This document shows positions 51,085-61,628 of a stretch of 64,000 bases of DNA, piece by piece. Source of the stretch: Chiloscyllium plagiosum (Eukaryota); the NCBI RefSeq assembly GCF_004010195.1, contig NC_057720.1, positions 9,009,646 to 9,073,645 of the forward strand, read 5' to 3'. Position 1 is the stretch's first letter; each line of letters starts with the position of its first letter. Position numbers and translations under genes: made by a program. The notes below the pieces were generated by a model, which saw only the letters and a list, made by a program, of their open reading frames with translations, had not been told where the DNA came from and made no database searches.

Positions 51085-51720
51085 ATGATTTGATTTGATT
51101 TATTATTGTCACATGCACCTAAGTACAGTGAAATGTTTTGTTTTCACAGGATAGCTGAACAGAGTGAGGAATACAAAGTGACAGCTGCAAAGAAGGTGAA
51201 CAAAAAAGCAAGATCAACATTAGAGTTGAAATTTGAGAGGTCCATTCAGCAGACTAATAAAAGCAGGGAAGAAGTTGGTAAGTGTTTCAGCTTTTTTATC
51301 TTCTGACCGATGGAAGAAATTGGAAGCGATTATAACTGGAGTGAGAGGGTTTAGATTAGATTAGATTTTAGATTAGATTAGATTACATTACAGTGTGGAA
51401 ACAGGCCCTTCGGCCCAACAAGTCCACACCAACCCGCCGAAGAGCAACCCACCCATACCCCTACATTTACCCCTTACATAACACTACGGACAATTTAGCA
51501 TGGCCAATTCACCTGAGGGGTCTTTCATGATGTTGGCTGCCATTCTGAGGTATCAAGAAGTCTAGATGGAGTCACTGGATGGGAGTTTGACTTGCATGAA
51601 GGACTGGGCTGTGTTCACAATTTTCTGCAATTTATTATTGTCCTGGGCAGAGCAGTTGTCATACCAAACGATGATGCATCCAGATATAAAGCTTTCTATG
51701 ATGCATCTTTAACAGTTGGT
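51085..51720 (-). mobile_element. Rex1/Babar-like LINE 3' fragment with a truncated HE1 insert (51351-51515)
   Basis: (GATTT)n tail plus TTTATTATTGTCACATGCACCTAAGTACAGTGAAA; HE1 tail (TTAGA)n. Confidence 0.62.
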
Positions 51721-51908
51721 TGGGGGAGATAAAGTTGTTTTGATCAGAAGATCATGAGTCTTCAGAATTCCCTTCTCAAAAAATTTTTGGAAGCAGGGTC
51801 CTTGAATATTTTTAGTGTGGAGTTTGCTAGATTTTTTAAATCAAGGAGGTGAAAGATTAGAAGATATGGCAGTAGTCGGATTAGCCATGATTATACCGAA
51901 TGGTTGAG

Positions 51909-52126
51909 GAGAAAGTGAGGTCTGCAGATGCTGGAGATCAAAGTTGAAACTTTATTGCTGGAACAGCACAGCAGGTCAGACAGCATCCAGGGAACAGGAG
52001 ATTCGACGTTTCGGGCACAGGCCCTTCTTCAGGTTCCTGAAGAAGGGCCTGTGCCCGAAACTTCGAATCTCCTGTTCCCTGGATGCTGCCTGACCTGCTG
52101 TGCTGTTCCAGCAATAAAGTTTCAAC
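51909..52126. mobile_element. Young palindromic Penelope-terminus insert
   Basis: Near-identical to 45770-45981; 17-bp direct repeat TATACCGAATGGTTGAG (51892-51908 / 52127-52143). Confidence 0.9.
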
Positions 52127-52591
52127 TATACCGAATGGTTGAGCAGGCTTGAGGGGCTGAATGGTCTGCTCCTGCTGTCCATGTACATTCATCGAAATCC
52201 TGGGCCTCCCTGAACATTTTTGCGGATTGGACAATACCCAAAGATTGCTGTGGTTCGGCGTGGGAATTATTACCACTACCTCAAGGGTAATCAGGAATGA
52301 ACAATAAATCCTGATCCAGCTATCAACACCCAACCCCTCTGAGTCAATAAAAGGAAAAGATCTTACAGGCAGTACATTCCAGACCACAGTAACTTGTTGC
52401 TCTGAAACAAAATCTGTTCTGTTGAAGAGTCAGTGGACTCAAAATACAAATTCTACTTTCTCTCTCCACAGATGCTGTCAGACCTGCTGAGCCTCTCCAC
52501 CAACTACTGGTTTTGTTTCAGATTTCCAGCATCTGCAGTTCTTTATCTTTTTAAAATAATTCTTCTCATTCTACTCTCATTCTGTTACTAT

Positions 52592-53276
52592 GATTTGAAG
52601 ATGCCGGTGTTGGACTGGGGTGTCCAAAGTTAAAAATCACACAACACCAGGTTATAGTCCAACATGTTTAATTGGAAGCACACTAGCTTTCGGTGCACTG
52701 CTCCTTCATCAGGTGGTTGTGTAGTACACAATTGTAAGACAGAGAATTTATAGCAAAAGTTTACAATGTGAAATAACTGAAATTATACATTGACAAATAC
52801 TTTGATTGTTTGTTGAGTCTTTCATCTGTTCAAATACTTGCAGAGTTACATTGCACTTTGCTCAAAAACTGCATGAATTCATGTAAAACTCTGTTAACTC
52901 ACTTTTTAGATTAGAATCAGTCTAAGCATTATGGCACAGACAACAGAACACAGGGGGCTAACACCTTCAATGTATTATCTGGCTGAAACCAATTGTTATA
53001 GTTAACCAGAGAATGTAACTTTTAAAAAAAAAATTGTGATTTACATATGAAAAAAGTGAAACTATCATGGTATTCAAACAGATGAAAGACTCAACAAACA
53101 ATCAAGGTATTGTTCAATGTATAATTTCAGTTCCATCATGCTGTAAACTTTTGCTATAAATTCTGTGTCTTACAATTGTGTACTCCACAGCCACCTGATG
53201 ATGGAGCAGCGCTCTGAAAGCTAGTGCTTCCAATTAAACCTGTTGGACTATAATCTGGTGTTGTGTGATTTTTAAC
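52592..53276. mobile_element. Second Penelope-like family: large fold-back element
   Basis: ~205-bp inverted arms (52629-52837 vs 53071-53276), each with a CTGATGA..GAAA hammerhead-like core. Confidence 0.75.
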
Positions 53277-53324
53277 ATTATTCTTTTACCAATTACTTTA
53301 AAAGGTGTGTCTTCTTGTTACTCC

Positions 53325-53870
53325 TTGTTAGACCACCTTTGGAAGACTGTGTTCAATTCAGGTCACCCTGCTATAGGAAGGATGTTGTAAAACTTGAAAT
53401 GGTTTAAGAAAAGATTTACAATCATGTCACCAGGGATGGTTGATTTGAGCTATAGGGAGAGACTGAATAGGTTTGGACTGTTTTCCCTTCAGCATCAGAG
53501 GCTGAGGGTGACCATATAAAGGTTTATTAAATCATAAGGGACATAGATCGGGTAAAAAGGCAAGGTCTTTTCCCTGGTGTGGGGGAGTCCAGAACTCGAG
53601 GGGATAGATTTAGGTTAAGAAAGGGAAAAAAAATTAAAAGAGACCCAAGGGTCAACTTTTTCATGCAGAGTGTGGTGCGTGTATGGAATAAGCTGCCAGA
53701 GGAAGTGGTAGAGGCTTGTATAATGGTATATGAATAGGAAGGATTTAGAAGGATATGGGCGAAGTGAGGGCAAATGGGACTAGATAAGTTTAGTATTTCT
53801 GTTTGGCATGGATGAGTTGGACTGAAGAGTCTGTCTCCATCCTGTACAATTCTTTGATGCTGTGACTCTT
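53325..53870 (+). mobile_element. CR1 3' fragment
   Basis: Decayed ORF2 C-terminus and 3'UTR. Confidence 0.82.
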
Positions 53871-54309
53871 CATTCTGCTATTGGAGACAGTTTTCCCTTA
53901 TGTACTTAATCAAAACACTTCACAATTATGAACATCTCCACTAAATCTCTCCTTAACCTCCTTTGCTCTAAGGAGAACAATCTTAACTCCTCTAGTCTCT
54001 AGTGTTATATAAATGCAAATTTTATCTTCTGTCCACTTATTCAAACTTTATTTGATGAATTCTTCTGATATGTTAAAGTAAGGAAAATGAGCTTCTAATA
54101 TAATTCTCTCGAGTTTTTGAGGTCTGAAATTAGATTTTAATAAGTGTTCATGGATCTTCACATGACTTCTAAATATGACAAAGAGCCACAGAAATTAATG
54201 TTAGGATATCTGCAAAAAAAACACGTAATGAAGAAAGCAAAGTAAGGAAGAAAGTCAGATAAAGAGTCATCACTCTTATAAGAACCAGACACAGCCGTTT
54301 GGGATATCA

Positions 54310-55580
54310 AGTACATGCATGTCTGCTCTCTGTGTGAGAATAATTGCTCAATCTCATTCCTCCATTCTCTTCCCGTGACCTGTGTGAGTCTATTCCCCTC
54401 AAGGGCACACCTAACCTCCTTTTGAACATGTTGATAATCTCCACTTCTGCAGCCCTCATGGACAGCAAGCTGTTGCTCATCAGCAGTAGCTGTGTAAAAA
54501 AAGGTTCTCCCTCACAGCTTAGTCCCAAACCTTAGTCCTTGTACCACAAGACAAAGGGAATAGCTACTCCTTGTCAAACTTCTCCAAACCTTTTAATGCT
54601 TCCTGCACCTCTATTAAATCTCCTTTAACCCCACTTTGCCCAAATGTGAGTAATTCTAGTTTCTCCAACCTAATCTTGCAGCTTAAATCCTTTAACTCTG
54701 AAACCACTCTGGGAAATCTCCTCTGCACCTTCACAAGCATCGTTACAACCTTCCTAAGGTGTGGCAACCGTATCTGAACACAATATTTCAGTTGTGACCA
54801 TTAACCAGAGCTTTGTAAAGGTTCATTATAGTTTCCTGACTTTCGTACCATTCCCTTTATTTCATGAGCTTTGCGAGTAACTCCCTCAATATGTCCTCCC
54901 ACCTTTAGAGATCATTGCTTATGTACACCCATGTCCCTTTGAACCGACACACTCTTTAGAATGATGGCATTACATTTATATTGCTTATACGTATTCATTC
55001 TGCTAAAATGCTTCACCTACATTTCTTTGGCATTTATATCTCTTGTCTTCCTGTTCTACTGTTTATCTGTATCCTGTCACAATCAATATGTACCATCCTC
55101 TTTCAGGTGCTGGCCTGAACGCTTATCTTTGAAGAACTGTCATCCCCCAGAATAAAAAATAGCTGCTCACTATAATTCACGGTTTACGTTCTTAAGCCAA
55201 TTTTTTACCCAAACTGACACTGTCCATGAGCCGCATTTTGTTTAAAAAGCCATTTAAGTGGTACTTTGTCAAACACTTCCTAAAAATCCATACAGACATC
55301 ATCCACTACATTCCCTTCATCACCTTTCTCTGTTACTTCATCAAAAAAAATCAATTTGAATCATCAAGTACAATCTATTTTTTACAAATCTATAGTCTCC
55401 TTAATCAATTCAAACTTGTTTAAGTGCCTGGTGATTTTTGTTTGTAAAATTCACCAACCATTGAGAATGAACTACCTTGTTGGTCATTGCTACGACTGAT
55501 CTTACATCTTTTCTTGAATCATTGGCCACAATTGGTACTCCCAGGTCTCTGGCATCTCCTGTATATCCAGGGGAGATTGG
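54310..55580 (-). mobile_element. Old CR1 relic
   Basis: KVQRRFPRVVSELKDLSCKIRLEKLELL..KGDLIEV. Confidence 0.72.
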
Positions 55581-55934
55581 ACACTTAAATCCATTCTACA
55601 CCTGCTTAAAATAACTAGGAAAGTTAAGGTCTGGGCAACTTTCTCGTAATGTTTTGAGGGTGTCTGGCCTGATCCGTAACAACGGTTATTTGGAGTCTAA
55701 ATCCAATTTACAGAGAGACTTGCTGATAGTTTCACTGGGCTCATTACTGAAAACTTGCTTTTTTTCAAGTCAAGGGTGCACTCTCATGAAGGATTTTGAG
55801 TTTGCGTTTCACCTGTGGGTTTGAAACAAGAGTTTAAAATAATCTGGCAGAAAAAGGTTTAAAAATACCCTGAAAAATAACAAATGGCATTGAACAATGA
55901 GATTGGCCCTGACCAACAATCAGTCTAAAGCTGT

Positions 55935-57160
55935 AAGATGGCAGAGGGGTAGGGCTCCTGGGCTGGAGCGCATCTGCACCAACTGCTTTTCTTTGCCTTT
56001 TTCCTCTTTTCTTGTTTTTTTTTTCTATCTTCTATTTTCCTTACATACCTCTTGAGCTCAGATGGAATTAGCAGTGGACCTCGTGCACCTCAAGTGGGCC
56101 CAATTTGGACCCTGAATGGGCCCAGTGCAGAGGGATTAGGCTCAGTGCATGCTTTGAGCGGGTCCAGTGCAGACCTTGAGTGGGCCCAGCATGTACTCAA
56201 ATGGCCTCAGCGTGGACTCGAATAGGCCAAGCATGGAGGGGTTGAGTGAATTCAGGGGAGACCTTGAGTGGGCCCAGTGCAGACTCAAGTGGGCCCAGTG
56301 CGGAGGAGAGTAAGCCCAGTGCAGTGGAGAGTGGGCCCAGCACATAGGAGAATAGGCTCAGTGCAGACCTTGAGTAAACGCAGAATGGAGGAGAGTAGGC
56401 CCAGTGCATAGGAAAGTAGAGCCAGTGTAGAGGAGAGTAAGCTCAGTGCGGAGGAGAGTAGGTTCAGTGCAGAGGAGAGTAGGCTCAGTGCAGAGGAAAG
56501 TAGAGCCAGTGCAGAGGAGAGTAGGCTCAGTGCGGAGGAGAGTAGGCCCAGTGTGGAGGAGAGTAGGCTAAGCACAGACATTGAGTAAGCCTTTACTTGC
56601 TTTCTGGGGTCAGCATGACAACTGTCATTGGAATCTGTGGCTGCGACATGAGGAGAGGGGACATCAGTGAGGTAGGCCCAGCAGCGAAACATGGTGCCTG
56701 AGGATCGCCAACATCATCTTTGGTTTGGGTCTGGTGCTGGTGGTGGTGAAGCAGTGGCAGAAGGGCATAAAGTTGACATTGAAGTGGGCCCAGTCGAGAG
56801 AGATGTGGCTCTGAAATTGGAGGGCCCGGCACAGACGCAGTCAGGCTCCTACAGAGGCAAATCAGCCTAGTGGCGAAAGATAGCGCCTGAAGTTCAGTGA
56901 CTTTAACGTTAGTTGGATCCGGTGAAGATGGCGGTGGGGTAGTGGAAGAGGAATAGCAGTGTAGGTGTCGTTGATAGTGATGAGCTGTTTCAGGATTGAT
57001 GGACTCTCTTTAAGCTACATCTTTCTATATTTTTTCCTTATTTTTAAATTATTCAAAATGGCACTGGATCATGGCAACATTGGAAAAGCTTTTCACTGTA
57101 TTTTATTGCTTTTCTCATTGTGAAATATATGCGATAATAATCATTAATTAAATTCAATAT
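55935..57160 (+). mobile_element. Unclassified SINE-like element with Rex/Babar-like tail and 21-bp minisatellite
   Basis: Starts AAGATGGCAG, pyrimidine tract, repeat array, ends AAAGCTTTTCACTGTA..GATAATAA. Confidence 0.5.
56070..56590. repeat. 21-bp minisatellite (CAGTGCAGAGGAGAGTAGGC[C/T]; variant CAGTGCAGACCTTGAGTGGGC)
   Basis: Direct reading; produces the LLSSALS heptad pseudo-ORF. Confidence 0.9.
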
Positions 57161-57522
57161 GTGTAGAGATGGGTGGTATTATATTTAAAACTGAGGAAAT
57201 ACAATAAGTATTTTGTCAGATGACAATATTGATGTTGTACTTATTGACAATTTCAGTTTATTTCGTTGTGCAAAGACAAAACTTTTTTAATAAAATGCAA
57301 ATATTAAATGCTGTCAAAAGTAAATTAAATTTCCACTTAGAAATGCAGAATTGCTTTACACAAATGTTTTAATTTAACCAAAGAAGCGTTGTATTACAGC
57401 AACCAGCTAACGAGGAATTATATTTTCTCAGCATTGTAAATACAAGTGATACCACTGTGATATTTGGTTTTTTTTTGATGAGCTGTTCTAGTTAGTGAAA
57501 TTTCCCTGCTCTCCGATATGTT

Positions 57523-57841
57523 TTAGATTAGGTTAGATTCCCTATTGTGTGGAAACAGGCCCTTCACCCCAACTAGTCCACACCGACCCTCCAAAGAGCA
57601 GCCCACCCAAACCCATTCCCCCTAACTAATACACCGAACTCTATGGGCAATTTAGTATGACCAATTCACCTAACCTGCACATCTTTGGACTGTGGGAGGA
57701 AACTGGAGCACCCAGAGGAAACCCACGCAGACACAGGGGGAATGTGCAAACTCCACACAGACAGTCGCCCGAGGATGGAACCAAACCCGGGTCCCTGGCG
57801 CTGTGAGTCAGCAGTACTAACCACTGAGCCACCGTGTTGCT
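57523..57841 (-). mobile_element. HE1-like SINE, full length
   Basis: Head, body and tail. Confidence 0.9.
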
Positions 57842-57844
57842 GGG

Positions 57845-58660
57845 ACTTTGACAACCTAATGCAGGTGCATTGAGGAAATGCTACCAATGGTGCTTTTGCA
57901 AAATCCTCCAAATCAGATGGCAAAAAAATGCAGCCTAACATCAATGTTTTCTGTAAAACTAATGTATCCAGCATCGAGGTGTTAATCACTGAAAGCCATC
58001 CTGGCATTCTGAAACATTTCACTGGTATCACCACTGGCAGTGGGTCACAGTATACGAATATGATGTAGGTCATTCAGGACTGAGATGAAATATACAGACA
58101 TAGAAAACGAGGAGTAGGAGCTATCCTTTTGTCCCTTTGAGCATGCTCTGCAAACATTGTGATCATGGCTAATCCTCCCACTCAAGAATCTGTTCCCAAG
58201 AAAGATGTTTCTTCATCTGGAGAGTGGTGAGCCTGTGGTATTCTCTGCCACAGAAAGGCTGTTGAGGTCAAAACATTGAATGTTTTCAACTAGCAATTAT
58301 ATATAGTTCTTAGGGCTAAAGGGATAAATGGGAGACCAGGTTCAAAGTAATAACATCTATGAACAGAATAATTATAACGGGCTCAGTGGTTTGAAGGGAA
58401 AGCAGGAACAGCCATGATCATGTTGAATAGTGGAGCTGGCTCAAAGGACCAGATGGCTTACTCTTGCTCCTACTCTCTGTTTCTATCTCTGTCTGATGCC
58501 AGAATCCTACAAAGCTGTTCTACTTGAAATCCATCTTGGCTGATGTCTGATCAAAATGCAGAAGTTTAATTTGGGAAGGCACTGACTATTGAGCACCCTC
58601 TTTGGAAGAATACCAAGATGAGGATGAGCCATTAGAGAGCATGCACAGACCGCCTAACTA
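57845..58660 (+). mobile_element. RTE-clade LINE relic (57845-58010, 58500-58660), split by a CR1 fragment
   Basis: YQWCFCKILQIRWQ..NINVFCKTNVSSIEVLIT resembles the RTE C-terminal HQRCLRKILQIRWQ motif. Confidence 0.6.
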
Positions 58661-59083
58661 CTCATTGAATGCACCCTTCGAGAGCCACACCCCCCGAACA
58701 TGGCAGAGGCTTCAGCTTACACAATGGCCCCGCTTGCCATTCAATACCATTGTGGCTGGTGTCACCTCAGACTCAACTCCTCTTTCCTGCCTGCTCCCAT
58801 GACCCTTTAACCCCACTACTAATTAAGAAGCTGACTACCGCTTCCTTTAAAAAGTTAATTTTGAAGAAGAAGAAGCCACGTGGATATCAATACTTGAAGA
58901 AGGCATTTTAAAGGCAAAGAGGGAGAGGAAATAAATGCATGCCTTGTTGATAATGCACATACCCCATTGAAGTGATTGTAACAAGGTCAGCCAGGTAGAC
59001 TTCATGGAGTATGAGCTCCCTGATTGAGGCTGCTAATCTAGTCCAATCAGGGAGCCCTGGCTGACAGATATAAACAGGAGTGT

Positions 59084-59451
59084 TACCAGGGAGGGCTGTC
59101 CTAGAGGTGCTTGAAAGGTGTGTCAGTGTGGACCGAGAGCCAGAAGGTGCGTGGGGGCGGGCTGCCTTAGAGTGGTCGGAAGGTGGGAGGGACGGGGGCT
59201 TGCTGGGTCTGTATTGTATGCACTTTTTTTATATAACTAGTTTGTCCTTTTATGTACAAATGTCATTGTCACTGTCTTTTATATGTGAAACTGGGATTTG
59301 AGGTTTGTCCTCATCTCCCTGTAAACTGGTTGAACGGTAGGATTTGGGGTCTGGCTTTGTTGCTCCTCTCCCTTGTAAAATTGCTGTTGTATACAGCTGT
59401 AAATGTTCACTGTTTTTTGTAAACTGTTTTGTAATTTGTTTAATAAAATAT
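59084..59451 (+). mobile_element. Non-LTR retroelement 3' end, family A copy 1 (L1/Tx1-like)
   Basis: G-rich coding-like start, T-rich UTR, AATAAA, then a target motif copy. Confidence 0.6.
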
Positions 59452-59466
59452 TATAAACTGGAGTGT

Positions 59467-59841
59467 TACCGGGGAGGGCTGTCCTAGATGTGCTTGAAAG
59501 GTGTGTCAGTGTGGACCGAGAGCTGGAAGGTGGGTGGGGGCGGGCTGCCTTAGAGTGGCCAGAAGGTGGGAGGGACGGGGGTCTTGCTGGGTCTGTATTG
59601 TCTGTGCTTTTTTACGTAACAGGATTGTCTCATGTACAAATATCATTGTTGCTGTCTTGTCATATTTGAAACTGGGATTTGAGGTTGGTCCTCATTTCCC
59701 TGTAAACTGGTTGAACGACAGGGTTTGGGGCCCGGCTTTGCTGCTCCTCTCCCTTGTAAAATTGCTGTCTCTTGTGTACAGCTGTAAATGTTAATTTCTT
59801 TTTTTGTAAACACTATTGTAATTGTTTAATAAAATTAAAAG
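59467..59841 (+). mobile_element. Family A copy 2
   Basis: Same start point as copy 1, diverged 3' half, A-rich tail. Confidence 0.6.
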
Positions 59842-59907
59842 AAACAGGAGATTCAGAGACTCTTCAGTTTAGGGGACTGAAAAAAATAAATAAATAAACA
59901 GGAGTGT

Positions 59908-60259
59908 CTCTCTGGAGGAGGAGCACATGTTGTCCACCACCCTTGAGCTGTTCAGGGAGAGGTGGGCACCGCAGGGAGTGGAGTGTTTTATTTCCCCCTC
60001 CAACTCTATTTGGATTTAATCCCTGCCCTCCACTTCACTGCTTAATCACACAGCATTACCCTTTGATGTGAAGGGCACTGCTTGTCACAGGCCACTCAGG
60101 TGTTTTCCTTTCTTCCTGGTCGTGGAAATTTGAATAAAGATTCGTACACCTTGTGTCTCTCACTGTGTCTCACACCCGCACACACACAACATGGGGCTGG
60201 GGGAAAAGTAAGCACTACCGCAGTTAGGCGGTAGTGTGGGGGTAATAAAAATAAATAAA
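59908..60259 (+). mobile_element. Tx1-clade 3' end, family B copy 1
   Basis: VSLEEEHMLSTTLELFRERWAPQGVECFISPSNSIWI* (stop 60017-60019) resembles the Tx1 ORF2 C-terminus; (AAAT)n tail. Confidence 0.75.
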
Positions 60260-60272
60260 TAAACAGGAGTGT

Positions 60273-60610
60273 CTCTCTGGAGGAGGAGCACATGTTGTCC
60301 ACCACCCTTGAGCTGTTCAAGGAGAGGTGGGCACCGCAGGGAGTGGAGTGCATTATTTCCCCCTCCAACTCTATTTTGATTTAATCCCTGCCCTCCCCTT
60401 CACTGTTTGATCACACAGCATTGCCCTTTGATGTGAAGGGCACTGCTTGTCACTGACTACTTGGGTGTTTCCTTTCTTCCTGATGGTGGAATATAAATAC
60501 AGATTTACACACTTGTTGTTCTTCACTGTGTCTGACACCCATATGACATGGGTGCTGGGGAAAAATAAGCATGACTGCTGTTAGGCAGTAGTGTGGTAAC
60601 AAAGGAAAAG
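60273..60610 (+). mobile_element. Tx1-clade 3' end, family B copy 2
   Basis: Same start and peptide as copy 1. Confidence 0.75.
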
Positions 60611-60689
60611 AAAGTGAGGGGGGAGGTGTGGGCTCAGATTTTGCAATTCCTGCTGTGGCAAAGGGATAGTTTTGCAATTCCTGCCCCCA

Positions 60690-61413
60690 GCCCATCTCTC
60701 TCCCCTCACCTCCGTCAAAGGTACCAAAGGAGCCTTCCACATCTATCAAAGTTTCACCTGCACTTACACACGTCATTTACTGTATCCGCTGCTCCCAATA
60801 CAGTCTCCTCTATATTGGGAATACAGGACGCCTACTCACAGAGCACTTTAGAGAACATCTCTAGGACACCTGCACCAATCAACCCCACCACCCCATGGCC
60901 AAACACTTAAACTCCCCCTCCCATTCTGCCAAGGACATGCAGGTCCTGGGCCTCCTCCATTGCCACTCCCTCACCACCCAACGTTTGAGGAAGAACGCCT
61001 AATCTTCCACCTCGGGACCCTCCAAATTTATGGCATCAATGTGGATTTCACCAGTTTCTTTATTTCCCCTTCCCCCACCTTACCCCAGTTCCAACCTTCC
61101 AGCTCAGCACCATCCTCATGACCTGTCCTACCGGCCAAACACCCTTCCCACCTATCCACTCCACCCTCTCCTCGACCTATTGCCTTTACCCTCACCTCCA
61201 TCCACCTATTGCACACTCAGCTACATTCGCCCCAGATCCACCCCTTTCTCATTTATCTCTCCACCTCTGAGGATCTGAGCCTCATTCCTGATGAAGGGCT
61301 TTTGCCCTAAGCATTGGTTTTCCTGCTCCTCGGAGGCTGCCTGACCTGCCTGTGGTTTTCCAGCACCAAACTCTCGACTCTAATCTCCAGCAACTGCAGT
61401 CCTCACTTTCGTC
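60690..61413 (+). mobile_element. Penelope GIY-YIG region and terminal repeat
   Basis: KGTKGAFHIYQSFTC..HVIYCIRCSQYSLLYIG; terminus CCTGATGAAGGGCTTTTGCCC..CTGCAGTCCTCACTTTC. Confidence 0.85.
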
Positions 61414-61628
61414 TGTCTACATATTGAGTCAGGGATCCTTCCTGGACACACCTGACTAAATTGGCTCCATTCAGACCATGCGTACTGAGGAGGTTCCAAT
61501 CAATATTGGGGACATTGATGTCACCCATAACAACAACTCTGTTACATCTGCACCTTTCCAGGATCTACTGCCCAATCTGTTCTTCTTGCTGCTATTGGGG
61601 GAGGGGGGTCTATAGAAAACACCCAATA
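61414..61628 (-). mobile_element. CR1 endonuclease fragment
   Basis: LLGVFYRPP..VVVMGDINVPNIDWNL. Confidence 0.8.

Noticed and set aside
56285..56692. Leu/Ser heptad-repeat ORF (LLSSALS)n
   Set aside because: Translation of a 21-bp minisatellite inside a repeat; no splice or gene context
57666..58073. 135-aa minus-strand ORF
   Set aside because: Antisense read of an RTE relic fused to an HE1 SINE
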